This document shows, in pieces, positions 10,801-19,537 of a stretch of 64,000 nt of DNA. Within the stretch, counting starts at the first letter, position 1; every line of letters begins with the position of its first letter. The position numbers and the translations under genes are program-made. This DNA is from a virus, in the IMG/VR virus record IMGVR_UViG_3300045988_028354. One strand, written 5' to 3'. The notes below the pieces were generated by a model. It searched no databases and was not told where the DNA came from. It was given only the letters and a program-made list of their open reading frames with translations.

Positions 10801-13800
10801 TATCAGCAGCCTTTCTTTCTTCTCTTTCTGTTCCCAAGTCTGCAGTATTCTGGTCGATTTTACCTTCTAACCGAATATCTTCTGCCTTACGAGCAGCAAT
10901 CTCGGTTTCAAGTAAAGCCTTAACTTCCAAGTAAGAACCAGAAATGTTATTCTGAATACCTTGAATCAATTCCAAGTTTCTTTGGATATTGGCAGCATTC
11001 TGAGTAATAAGAGCATCTTGATTATTTGCTCTTGCCAACAATTCAGTACGAGTTTCAGTAACATAAGTTCTTAAATCCTCTACTGTCTTAGTCAGAGTTG
11101 TACTCAGAGTAGTAAGCTTAGCATCTAAAGCAGCATCACCTTCAACTCGTTTTTCAGTTTCTGTCTCAATCTTCGTAGTTAACTCATTTAACTTCTGAGT
11201 CATAGTTGTTGCAAAGTTGGGGTCATCACCAAGGGCTTTGGCAATTTCCTCAAGTGTATCCAGTACACCTGGAGCAGAACCAATGATTTTCTGAATTGCA
11301 GCTTCTACCTCAGCTTCTGTTTGGAATCCTGAATCATTCAGAAGTTCAGAAACTTTAGTGATATAGTTAGCATGTTCTTCAATGCCGTTCAATTTGTTCA
11401 AAAGAACATCAGTAAAGTCATTTGAAGAAAGTACTTTGCCATCTACCTTGTCTACCTTCTTAGATTCAAGACCCTGGATAGCAGTTGTACGGTCTGAGAT
11501 TTCCTGGGCAATCTTATTATCTAATAAGGTATCTGCATTGGTACGGTCTGTAACTTCTTTATCGATATTTACCTGAAGAGCAGTATCACCTGCTAAACGA
11601 ACATTAGCTTCATCCGAGATATCCTTAGATAAACCGTTTACTTCGTCTTTATGATTTGCTATTGCAGTATCCAAATTGGCCTGTATAGCATTCTCTCTAG
11701 CGGTTGCTCGGTCTTTCTCAGTATTGATTGCTACCGTATTAGCCTCTACCTTTGTTTTAAGTTCATCTACCTTTTCATTAGATTCCTTCTTTAGAGAATT
11801 AATCTTCTCTTCTAATAAAATATCGGCACCTCTCCTTTCATCTATCTCCCCATTAATCTTATTAGTAAGGATAGTTAATTGCCCACCAACTTCAACCGTT
11901 AAAGTTTGAATCTTGCCGTCTATAGCAGTTTCCAATGCAGTATCTGCAGACTTACGGTCTCCAATTTCCTTATCCAGGTTTACTTGAAGGATTTGGTCTG
12001 CTGCCTTACGTTCAGCTGTTTCTGTACCCAAAGCAATGTTGGTAGTATCAATACGAGAACTCAGATTACTGTCGCCATTAGTACGGTCTACAATTTCCTC
12101 ATTAACCATATCCTTAACTTCTTTGTAGTTATCGGCAATGGTTTTATTCATGGCAGTGATTGCCTCAGAGTTCTTTGTGATATTTGCTTGGTTAGTAGCA
12201 ATAGCCGTGGTATTAGCATTTACCTGAGCAGTCAATTCGTTCTTAACTGTATTGATAGCATCCTGCATTGATAAAGCCAAATCCGAAACTCTCTGAGTAA
12301 GAGCAGCAATGTTATCGGTATGGGTTTTATCTGCTTCCTTTCTATCAACAGTTTCTTTGTCGATATTTGCCTGCAAGATAGCATCAGCATCTTTACGGTC
12401 TTGGATTTCTTTTGCCAGGTTATCTTTAACTACTTGAAGAGCAGTATCTCCAGTAGCAGCCGAGTTATCTACATACTCTTTAAGTTCTTCCTTAAGAGCA
12501 GCATCTGCTTCTGTTCTTGCAGTTTCTTCATCAGTTATATTTGCCTGGAGGGCTACATCAGCAGCTTCCCGGTCTTCAATCTCTTGGTTTACCTTTTCTG
12601 TAATTGCTGCCAACTTCTTGGTGATAGTTGAAGCAAAATTAGGGTCATCACCTAATGCCCTAGCAATCTCTTCCAGAGTATCAAGTACTTCTGGTGCAGA
12701 ACCAATAATCTTTTCAATTGCTGCCTCTACTTCTGCTTCAGTCTGATAACCAGCATCGTTTGCCAATTGTGATACCAAGGTAATGTAATTAGCATGTTCC
12801 TCGATTCCATTCAACTTGGCAAGCAAGAGATCTGTAAAGTCATTCTTGGTTAAAGAATAACCTTCTCTTTTATCTACTTTCTTGGAATTAAGGTCTGCAT
12901 CTGCAGCAATACGAGCTTCCTTCTCAGCTTCGATAGCAGCAAGTACATCTGACTTATCACCATCGGTCTTTTCACTTAAGGCAGTTATCTTCTGGTCAAG
13001 GATTTGGTCCTGAGCAGTACGAGTTGCAGCTTCAGAATTAATATTAGTCTGAAGAACTTGGTCTGCAGATTCCCGAGCTTGAGCCTCTTTATCGATATTT
13101 ACCTGGAGGGTATTATCTGCATTAGTACGGTCAGCTACCTCTTTGGTAATTGAATTCTGAAGAGTTTCATCGGCAGCTTTGCGATTTACTACCTCATCAG
13201 AAAGTTTACTTTCTAAGGCAGCATCACCAGTTTGACGATTGGTGATTTCTTCAGTTAGTTTCAACTGAATATTTGCATCGGCATTTGCTCTCAATTGGGC
13301 TTCTGCCGCAATATCTTGTTTGAGCTCTGCCTTATCATTGATATGCAAGGTGTTCAGTTGGTGAATACTTTCTGATAAAGCATCATCGGCAGTTTTACGA
13401 AGCTCAGCTTCTTTATCTACCAAGTCTTTAGCATAAGCTTTAGCTTCTGCCAATGAACCAGTAGTTTCATTTCTGAGGTCTGCAATGTCAGCAGTATTCT
13501 TATCGACTTTTGCTTCTACTTTATCTATCTTATTGATAAGGTTAGTAACTGCAGTGTCGATTTTATCATTAAGTAAATCCACTGCCTTGATGAAATTAGA
13601 GTTAACCTCACTAATTTGGGTACTCAGTTTTCCTTCCTCCTCCTTAGCTCGGTTAACTTCATCTGTCAGTGCATTACGTAAATCCGTTAGTTTGTTAGTA
13701 ATTGTAGTAGCAAAGTTCGGGTCATTTCCCAATGCTTCTGCCAATTCCTTTAATGTATCAAGTGCATCATCAGCACCATCAATCAAATCACTGATAGCTT

Positions 13801-14092
13801 GTCTTACCTGTTCTTCAGTTTGGAACTTAGTATCATTCTCCAACTGAGAAAGCTTAGTGATGTAGTTTGCTCTTTCTTCAATGCCCTCCAGTTTCTCTTT
13901 GAGTTTATCTGTGAAGTCATTTTTAGATAAGTCGTATCCTTCTCTCTTATCTACCTTATTGGCAATAGAAAGAACGAATGCCCAGAACTCATTAATAGTT
14001 CCGGCAAACCCAGCCTTTACGAAGTCATCGAAATAACCCTGTAAAAGTCTTTGGTCAATTTCTTCATTTGTGTAATACTTACTTACGTACAT
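7874..14092 (-). CDS. giant coiled-coil fibre protein with C-terminal S74-type intramolecular chaperone domain
   Basis: 2072 aa. Dozens of AD..LQ.NI.KE...R..AD periodic repeats. Three ~89-aa LS.NDFT...KL.GIEE.ANYI...DTLEE(L)A.ALG.DPNFA modules. NPHGVTK.QVGLGNV fibre motifs. ESDERLK plus a C-terminal helix typical of auto-cleaving tail-spike chaperone domains. Confidence 0.85.
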   Translation of the reverse strand: MYVSKYYTNEEIDQRLLQGYFDDFVKAGFAGTINEFWAFVLSIANKVDKREGYDLSKNDFTDKLKEKLEGIEERANYITKLSQLENDTKFQTEEQVRQAISDLIDGADDALDTLKELAEALGNDPNFATTITNKLTDLRNALTDEVNRAKEEEGKLSTQISEVNSNFIKAVDLLNDKIDTAVTNLINKIDKVEAKVDKNTADIADLRNETTGSLAEAKAYAKDLVDKEAELRKTADDALSESIHQLNTLHINDKAELKQDIAAEAQLRANADANIQLKLTEEITNRQTGDAALESKLSDEVVNRKAADETLQNSITKEVADRTNADNTLQVNIDKEAQARESADQVLQTNINSEAATRTAQDQILDQKITALSEKTDGDKSDVLAAIEAEKEARIAADADLNSKKVDKREGYSLTKNDFTDLLLAKLNGIEEHANYITLVSQLANDAGYQTEAEVEAAIEKIIGSAPEVLDTLEEIARALGDDPNFASTITKKLAAITEKVNQEIEDREAADVALQANITDEETARTEADAALKEELKEYVDNSAATGDTALQVVKDNLAKEIQDRKDADAILQANIDKETVDRKEADKTHTDNIAALTQRVSDLALSMQDAINTVKNELTAQVNANTTAIATNQANITKNSEAITAMNKTIADNYKEVKDMVNEEIVDRTNGDSNLSSRIDTTNIALGTETAERKAADQILQVNLDKEIGDRKSADTALETAIDGKIQTLTVEVGGQLTILTNKINGEIDERRGADILLEEKINSLKKESNEKVDELKTKVEANTVAINTEKDRATARENAIQANLDTAIANHKDEVNGLSKDISDEANVRLAGDTALQVNIDKEVTDRTNADTLLDNKIAQEISDRTTAIQGLESKKVDKVDGKVLSSNDFTDVLLNKLNGIEEHANYITKVSELLNDSGFQTEAEVEAAIQKIIGSAPGVLDTLEEIAKALGDDPNFATTMTQKLNELTTKIETETEKRVEGDAALDAKLTTLSTTLTKTVEDLRTYVTETRTELLARANNQDALITQNAANIQRNLELIQGIQNNISGSYLEVKALLETEIAARKAEDIRLEGKIDQNTADLGTEREERKAADKALQDALDAEEAARTAADTALGVRIDTEIAERKSADKTLQDNITAEATTRAEADTALGARIDKEVTDRESADTALGTRIDNEEDAREAADTTLQENITAEETARTEADTTLQENIDATNAHTINTHRLDSNPILNGTDIKLDGYVKATGTTPADLDVKVTDTTSAAFGKVQKRIEVDKADADSKFNKVKAAVGLTNDLGMPALTDTNYMGGSVDVVDSLKKLDAQLEPIIIPAAAFNISASATSEEIAAVFTDELLNEIANNTTHRPYILVDTGNNFYQQFRLSLQLSGPTTGAITLRFMYELAGMEFYREFKRTAQGAWSISTVRAGKILIEGDVVNNLTAGGTKVPLSAEQGKALKALIDGLGTDTSELETELKELIQTTKTTLEASIATEVQNRKDADTALDTKLTTAINKEVQDRIAADTALGTRIDNEVTARTEADAALKTELTEDIQGVQDALDAFIATKAQASGLASLDENGKVPSEQLPSYVDDVIDVYATYDKSPTGDLSNISLFADADHNTPITGEAGKIYQNVTTGEPGYQFRWTGTTWSLIVSGGVVIGEITGTAYDGAKGKTTTDNLNALMAFNPIRLISIVTDASKAAINYERADGTGIQGLQIPTASSAKAGVMAAADKVKLDTTLPKQISDEVTARTEAINALQGELADDIAQEVVDRNSAIAAAKTELTTAINKEVSDRKAADTQVRTDLEAAVELVAEDLRGADTTLQNNITKEVNARKGEITRVEKLISDEAATRAQADTTVNAKVDSHIGNKSNPHGVTKAQVGLGNVNNTSDADKPVSTAQATAIADAKAAGTNAQTNLTTHMQNMSNPHGVTRDQLGLGTTAEIIFKKVSAPSGLWKESDERLKTFIKPLEHTLDEICSIPTDSFMIRGNHDIGTIAQTIEKYFPELVSENTVKPETVPNPEAFEKVEKDGETYILVKEVDYSKMSVLAIEGIKLLKAEIDELREKLLFTNLD
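11189..11455 (-). repeat. internal fibre module, copy 3
   Basis: Encodes VDKVDGKVLSSNDFTDVLLNKLNGIEEHANYITKVSELLNDSGFQTEAEVEAAIQKIIGSAPGVLDTLEEIAKALGDDPNFATTMT. Confidence 0.8.
12611..12877 (-). repeat. internal fibre module, copy 2
   Basis: Encodes VDKREGYSLTKNDFTDLLLAKLNGIEEHANYITLVSQLANDAGYQTEAEVEAAIEKIIGSAPEVLDTLEEIARALGDDPNFASTIT. Close at DNA level to copy 3. Confidence 0.8.
13688..13954 (-). repeat. internal fibre module, copy 1
   Basis: Encodes VDKREGYDLSKNDFTDKLKEKLEGIEERANYITKLSQLENDTKFQTEEQVRQAISDLIDGADDALDTLKELAEALGNDPNFATTIT. Confidence 0.75.
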
Positions 14093-14104
14093 ATTGTTAT
14101 TATT

Positions 14105-14524
14105 TTAAGGATTGATTACTTGCTTACCACAGAAGAAGTCAGAATTCTTATCTCTGAATGGTTCTCCTTCTTTTCCACAGAAGGCATTCATTGGAATATC
14201 TGGATGTTCTGGGTCTGGGTCTCCCCCGTCTTCAATATCACCTCTGATTATTGCATAATCTGGAAGTTGATTGATACGGAATTTTATCACCTGGCCAATA
14301 CCCGGATGAGGTATTATCTTATCCCAAACTTCTCCAAAGTAATCTTGAAAGCAAGTAACAAACTTACCTCCAGTCATAGACTGGAATGTGGTAACGTCTA
14401 AATTACTTTTCTTACTTTCAATATGTACTCCAGATGTACCGTTCAAGACAATCAGGTTACTATCAAACCAAATACCGTTTCCGGTATTAATTGGTTTCCA
14501 TCGTAACATTAACATCTTTGCCAT
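14105..14524 (-). CDS. hypothetical virion protein
   Basis: 139-aa ORF, ATG checked, between head genes and the giant fibre gene. Confidence 0.6.
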   Translation of the reverse strand: MAKMLMLRWKPINTGNGIWFDSNLIVLNGTSGVHIESKKSNLDVTTFQSMTGGKFVTCFQDYFGEVWDKIIPHPGIGQVIKFRINQLPDYAIIRGDIEDGGDPDPEHPDIPMNAFCGKEGEPFRDKNSDFFCGKQVINP

Positions 14525-14537
14525 ATACTTTTCAATT

Positions 14538-15014
14538 TTATTCTACGAATTGTATTTTGGTATCTCGGTCCCTTTTTAGGATAACCATGAAGACTAATGC
14601 TTCATCCTTGGCCTGAGCAACTTGTGTATCTCCAGAAGGTTTATAAGTAATACCATTAATTACGAACCTATCTTCAGACCAGTTAAAATCCCAATAGCCT
14701 TCTGGAGTTAAATGTCCCAGTTGTTCTATATATGATTTAGTAACCAGTATTGATAAATTCTCATCATCGAGTTCTCCAGTTACTGTTGCCTTATTAATAG
14801 GCCAGTTTCTGAAGGCATTGTAATAACATAATGCCTCGATTGGTATATTATAATATTTAGGGATTTCATCTTCTCCATGACTTAGGAGTTGATTTACATT
14901 CTTTGCCCAAGTTATAGTTTGCCTACCAGCATCTACATCCAAGAAATCATTTATAATCTTCTTGTATCTATCCCAAGACCGGTTCTTAACCAATCTATGA
15001 GGAGTCTTGGTCAT
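14538..15014 (-). CDS. hypothetical virion protein
   Basis: 158-aa ORF, ATG checked, 4-nt overlap with the upstream gene. Confidence 0.6.
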   Translation of the reverse strand: MTKTPHRLVKNRSWDRYKKIINDFLDVDAGRQTITWAKNVNQLLSHGEDEIPKYYNIPIEALCYYNAFRNWPINKATVTGELDDENLSILVTKSYIEQLGHLTPEGYWDFNWSEDRFVINGITYKPSGDTQVAQAKDEALVFMVILKRDRDTKIQFVE

Positions 15015-15901
15015 CGTTTTCTAATTAAGGTTCTACCATTACGTTTTACTGGAAAGCGGGGGTTTGGCCCATCTATTAATCCAGGTCTTCTTCTGTCTAC
15101 TACTCTTGGAACTACTACATGACTTGCTTGGTCACAGAATGGTAAGTAGATTTCCAATCGTCCAGCTAACATACAAAGGTTTTTTCTTAACTCGTCTATG
15201 ATACCACCAGGTTGCATTGCTTGAGAGAATGTTTTCCATAGGGAAGATGTTGCATCGGCAAGTGTATCATAGTACTGCACTTCAGTAGGCCCAGTTGTGA
15301 TTTGTTTGATTCTATCACCTCGAGCTTGTTCCGGTTTAGAAGAACCATCACCAACTTGTTCTTTGGTTGAAGTAAGTTGACTTAGGTATTCTCCTGTACT
15401 TGTTAATAAATTAAGGAGCTTAACATTGAGATAATCCCATGCTGCCAATTCCATAATTAATTGGTTTTCTAGAGCTTCATACATTAACTCATCATTATAT
15501 TTATCCAGTGGGATAATATGATTTACTAGCGGTTGGATATATAACTGCCATTTAGTTATGTACATTGCTTTCTCTTCTGATGACATACCATCTGAGATTT
15601 CTGAAGGAATGTAATAATTAATTAGGTTATATATACTATCGGTTAATGTAGTTTTGGACTCTGTATTTACAATTACGATTTTGGTTGCATTTAAGTTAAG
15701 TCCTTCGGAGTTCGTTATGTTCAACGCTACTGTATAGAATCCGGACTTTTCATAAGTATAAGTAGGTTGTTTAACATCATAAACGGACCCCTTATCATCA
15801 CCAAAGTCCCAGTCAAAAATGGACTTGGCTGGGACTTTGGTTAATACTCTAAATGAAACTTCCAGACCATTCGCAATAGCTACAAAGTCTAGATTGTCCA
15901 T
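15011..15901 (-). CDS. PKD-domain structural protein
   Basis: 296 aa. N-terminal WDFGDDKGSVYDVKQPTYTYEKSGFYTVALNITN matches the PKD signature WDFGDG...H.Y...G.Y.V.L.V.N. Confidence 0.7.
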   Translation of the reverse strand: MDNLDFVAIANGLEVSFRVLTKVPAKSIFDWDFGDDKGSVYDVKQPTYTYEKSGFYTVALNITNSEGLNLNATKIVIVNTESKTTLTDSIYNLINYYIPSEISDGMSSEEKAMYITKWQLYIQPLVNHIIPLDKYNDELMYEALENQLIMELAAWDYLNVKLLNLLTSTGEYLSQLTSTKEQVGDGSSKPEQARGDRIKQITTGPTEVQYYDTLADATSSLWKTFSQAMQPGGIIDELRKNLCMLAGRLEIYLPFCDQASHVVVPRVVDRRRPGLIDGPNPRFPVKRNGRTLIRKR

Positions 15902-15907
15902 GGTATC

Positions 15908-16300
15908 TTATTTTTTAGATTCTTCGAACTCTTCCAACAGAACCTGAATCAGAGTTTCAACTGTATCACCTTTGTCGGCAACAATTTCGTGACGAGCAGC
16001 GATAAGGGTTGCTTCTTCGAGAGTATAGGCTTTGGCAATCTTTTTGATTTCCATGCCTTTTTCGAACTGAGCATTCAGTTTCTTTTCCAACTTATCGATG
16101 TCATCATTGGAGTATTTGTCGGTAGCTTTCTTATCAAGAACCAAACGCAGGTGACCTGAATTCAAAGCCATCTGAATCTTTTTGGTTCTGTACTGACGAG
16201 CACTCAATTCTTTTTCTTCTCCTCTACAAATTGTAATACCTGTAGATTGGTCATGGAAGCTGTAAGCTTTAGCACCTACAGTTACTTTATATTTATCCAT
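15908..16300 (-). CDS. hypothetical head-associated protein
   Basis: 130-aa ORF, ATG checked, first gene after the post-capsid terminator. Confidence 0.6.
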   Translation of the reverse strand: MDKYKVTVGAKAYSFHDQSTGITICRGEEKELSARQYRTKKIQMALNSGHLRLVLDKKATDKYSNDDIDKLEKKLNAQFEKGMEIKKIAKAYTLEEATLIAARHEIVADKGDTVETLIQVLLEEFEESKK

Positions 16301-16332
16301 AATTTTACTAAGTTTTTAGATGTTTAAAATTA

Positions 16333-16359
16333 GGGGTAGGTCCTCGCAAAACCTACCCC
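16333..16359 (-). terminator. hairpin terminator after the capsid gene
   Basis: Perfect 9-bp stem ggggtaggt / acctacccc with a 9-nt loop, 43 nt after the capsid stop. A/U-rich tail on the minus strand. Confidence 0.55.
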
Positions 16360-16401
16360 ATTGAGAAATGGAATTATTTGTAAAATAAACCAGGTGTAGT
16401 A

Positions 16402-17520
16402 TTACTCAAGGTTAACCAAGAGATATGGGTCAATGTTCATGAATTCAGGGAATCCGAACTCGGTGAACTTCTTCTCTGCAGACAGAATCAATGCAGCATC
16501 CTGATACATCTTAGAGAAGCCTGTAGTCAGAGTAGCATAGATTGCCTGAGTTTGATTTGATACGATTCTTTCTGATTCAAGCATCAACTGTTTTGCAGTC
16601 AGCTTAATCAAGGCAGCAGTTGTATCAATCAACAGCAAGCCTTGGTCGGGTGTACCCGGGTGAATGTAAAAGTTAGCATTCTTAGGTACAGGAGACTTCA
16701 CATTCAGTGTAGCTTCAGTTGTACCAGAATGACGTTCTTTGAATTCCGGCAAGTTCAGCATTTCAATTGCTTGGTCTTCACCACCAATCATAGTAGTAAA
16801 GTTACGTCCCATACGAGCAGCTCTTACCCAGATATGCAGCAAATCTTTGTAAGTGATACCATTCGTAGTTTCGTATACACCGATAACCGGAGCAGATTCT
16901 GAACCATCAGGTTTGTTACCGTTGATAACAACATCCATTGCCAAAGTATCCATTGCATAACCCAGCTGAACACCGAAGTCACGAAGGTAGATTGCCAATA
17001 CATCCAGAGATACATAGTTACGAACTTCATCAGTAAGTTTGAATCCCTTACCAATTTTGAAGAGACTTACTGATTTCTGTCCAAAGCTTACATCTCCCAA
17101 TGGGATAGTTTCTGCTTCGTTAACCTTTGCAGGAGCAGCATCGGACATGTTAATCATCGGCATGATTGCGCTAAGACCACTGATTGACTGGTCAGATGCA
17201 ATAATCTCCGGATAGAATGGAGCCTGGCGCATACCAAGAGTGATGGCAGAACGAATGATTTCCGGAACAATCCAACGAACATCTTGCTGAGGCATTGTGA
17301 AGATGTTTTCCATTGTGTCGATTTTCGGATTGATATCCAACTTCTCGAACAATTCATCTTGGGTAATACCCCATTTACCAGTGGTAAGTTCACCTAATGT
17401 GATGTCCACAGGTTTTTTGTTCTGTGAACCTTGACGGTAAGCATCCAACTGCTGTACCATTTGAGGAAGTTCTTTTGCGAAGTCTTCTCTCTTCAATTTT
17501 GAAATATCAACTTTTTCCAT
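16402..17520 (-). CDS. major capsid protein (probable HK97 fold)
   Basis: 372 aa. Called from gene order (terminase, portal, protease/scaffold, small decoration-like protein, this gene) and the strong hairpin directly downstream. Family not verifiable without a search. Confidence 0.65.
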   Translation of the reverse strand: MEKVDISKLKREDFAKELPQMVQQLDAYRQGSQNKKPVDITLGELTTGKWGITQDELFEKLDINPKIDTMENIFTMPQQDVRWIVPEIIRSAITLGMRQAPFYPEIIASDQSISGLSAIMPMINMSDAAPAKVNEAETIPLGDVSFGQKSVSLFKIGKGFKLTDEVRNYVSLDVLAIYLRDFGVQLGYAMDTLAMDVVINGNKPDGSESAPVIGVYETTNGITYKDLLHIWVRAARMGRNFTTMIGGEDQAIEMLNLPEFKERHSGTTEATLNVKSPVPKNANFYIHPGTPDQGLLLIDTTAALIKLTAKQLMLESERIVSNQTQAIYATLTTGFSKMYQDAALILSAEKKFTEFGFPEFMNIDPYLLVNLE

Positions 17521-17533
17521 GTTTCTTCTTCTC

Positions 17534-18001
17534 TTATTTAATAAGTACTTGAATTACCTCGTTTGCCTCATCTGCAGGTATGATGGCAATGAAAGGTGTA
17601 GCATCTGTTGACTGATTTGCTTTTACAAATCTGTCGTTCAGCAAGTCACCAGAGGGAACTACATATCCTGCTTTTAAGTCAGCAGCATTAGATACCCAGT
17701 TACAAATCATGTAACCTTCTACAGCAACAGTTACCTCTACTGGGAATTTGTTCTGTGCCTGGTAAGCAGGATTTACATTGTCAGTTACTGCCACTCCGAT
17801 ATATACCTGAGTAGATTCAGTGTAAGGTTCAATTAAACCGTCTTCTCCAAGAGCTACCGGCATACCTTGCAAAATTGTTTCACCATCTTTTACACAAAAA
17901 GCTTGGTGCAATTTGTGTGATTCACTTTTGTAAATCACCGCTCTCGGGGTCTTTTCCCCAAACAGCGTCATTGGCTGGTCTTTGTTTACGATTTTAGTCA
18001 T
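17534..18001 (-). CDS. putative head decoration / auxiliary capsid protein
   Basis: 155-aa beta-rich ORF immediately upstream of the capsid gene, a position typical of DUF2190-like cement proteins. Confidence 0.45.
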   Translation of the reverse strand: MTKIVNKDQPMTLFGEKTPRAVIYKSESHKLHQAFCVKDGETILQGMPVALGEDGLIEPYTESTQVYIGVAVTDNVNPAYQAQNKFPVEVTVAVEGYMICNWVSNAADLKAGYVVPSGDLLNDRFVKANQSTDATPFIAIIPADEANEVIQVLIK

Positions 18002-18022
18002 AACAGTGATATTTATCGATTA

Positions 18023-19537
18023 TTACTTAAATTTCTTCTTGTACAAGTCTTCGAGAGTTTCTGAAGTGGACTTGGCTTCTGCATTTGAAGTAGTTGCAGG
18101 TTTCTGAGTTCCACTCTTTTCATCAATCTCTGCAACAGAAGAAGCACGGCTTACATCATGAGAACCGCAACTTGCACATACCATTGGGAATTTTTCTTCC
18201 AGACGACTCTGGTAGTCCTTAGTCAAGGAGATAAGAGTAACGATGCCAGTAGTTTCGGCATTCAACATTGTAACAATAGTTTCATCGGCTTTGTCACCCA
18301 TCAACTTCTTGTAAGTAGCAACGGCATCTTCACGGAGAGAAGCAATGTGATTCTTTCCTACAGTTGCCATTTCCTTCAAGTTTGCAACTTCTGCATTCAG
18401 GTTGGTAATCTGTTCTGTAAGAGAAGACTTCTCTGTAGTAAGATTATCTACCGTTGTCTGAAGACTGTTTTTGGATGATACCAAGCTTTGAATACAAGAA
18501 ATAACTTCTTCCTGGGTCATTTCTTTGCCTTCTGCCAGAGATAACATGTTATCTCCGAAAAGCTTTTCTAAAAATTCTTGCAATTCTTTGTTCATATTTT
18601 CTTTATTAGGATTATGATTTTCTTGGGTACCATTATCATTAAAAGAATCTGGAGTATTGTCCTTTTCTTGGAATGAGTTGAAGTCTGTTTTGTAGTCAGT
18701 AAAGAAGTACTGTTTGGACTTGTCATCCCGATATTCCTCATAAGAAGACCAGGTTCTTTTTGCAAAAGTTGGATTAATGATTTTACCATCTTCACCAATC
18801 TTTTGAGCAAAAGAATCAGCTCCATGAGATACCAGAGATGTTTCCATATAACGAACTACTTCAGTAACTACTCTACGAATCATTTCACCCTTAGAGTCAT
18901 AAGTACCAAGCTTCTGATAGAATTCACCATCTTCCATTCCCGGATGTGATTTATCCCACTTAAACTGTACTGTTACTGAATTACTATGAATTGAAGGAGG
19001 TTCCATGAGAATACCTCTAGCAATTCTTGGGTTAGCTTTACCATCAATCTTCAAAATACCGTTGATACCTGCAGGTATAGTAAAGCTTCCATCCTTATAA
19101 GACTCCTGCCACATTACTTGAGATACAGCTCCAATTGCATTACCAATATTTGTTTCATGGTCGCAATTTACTGTTTGCCCGAGTAACAGTTTCATGGAAG
19201 CCTTAAGTACTCCATTCTGACCAAAGTCAGTAGGATTCCAGTTCTTGGATACAATCGTTTCAGAAAGTAACCTAAACATTGGTTCGATGAACTCTTCGTC
19301 CTTCGGAGTAAGTTCCGATTTATCAAGGTTTGGATAATAGGTATTATAATCTATATCTCCTCCCCAAAATCCAAATTGAGCAATGGTATCCGGTGTCGGA
19401 GTCTTCCATTTGTAATAATTCTCTGAGAAAGCCTGGGCTCCAACTGCTTCTGGGATATACCCAGCCATAATGGTATGACCCTGGCCAATCACCATTGAAT
19501 CAAGATGCTCTTTGTTTCTCTTAGTAAATTTACTCAT
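18023..19537 (-). CDS. putative prohead protease fused to a scaffold-like coiled coil
   Basis: 504 aa. N-terminal part has GQTVNCDHETNIGNAIG and METSLVSHGADSFA, resembling the His-box and the E.SLV..PA box of HK97/U35-type proteases from memory. C-terminal ~170 aa is heptad-rich and acidic. Confidence 0.5.
   Translation of the reverse strand: MSKFTKRNKEHLDSMVIGQGHTIMAGYIPEAVGAQAFSENYYKWKTPTPDTIAQFGFWGGDIDYNTYYPNLDKSELTPKDEEFIEPMFRLLSETIVSKNWNPTDFGQNGVLKASMKLLLGQTVNCDHETNIGNAIGAVSQVMWQESYKDGSFTIPAGINGILKIDGKANPRIARGILMEPPSIHSNSVTVQFKWDKSHPGMEDGEFYQKLGTYDSKGEMIRRVVTEVVRYMETSLVSHGADSFAQKIGEDGKIINPTFAKRTWSSYEEYRDDKSKQYFFTDYKTDFNSFQEKDNTPDSFNDNGTQENHNPNKENMNKELQEFLEKLFGDNMLSLAEGKEMTQEEVISCIQSLVSSKNSLQTTVDNLTTEKSSLTEQITNLNAEVANLKEMATVGKNHIASLREDAVATYKKLMGDKADETIVTMLNAETTGIVTLISLTKDYQSRLEEKFPMVCASCGSHDVSRASSVAEIDEKSGTQKPATTSNAEAKSTSETLEDLYKKKFK

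Noticed and set aside
8788-13847. Many 60-120-aa ORFs on both strands within the giant fibre gene (for example 10289..10633, 10446..10793, 11906..12271, 13485..13847).
   Set aside because: They all lie inside a 6.2-kb intact ORF with clear domain structure. The periodic repeats keep alternative frames open by chance.
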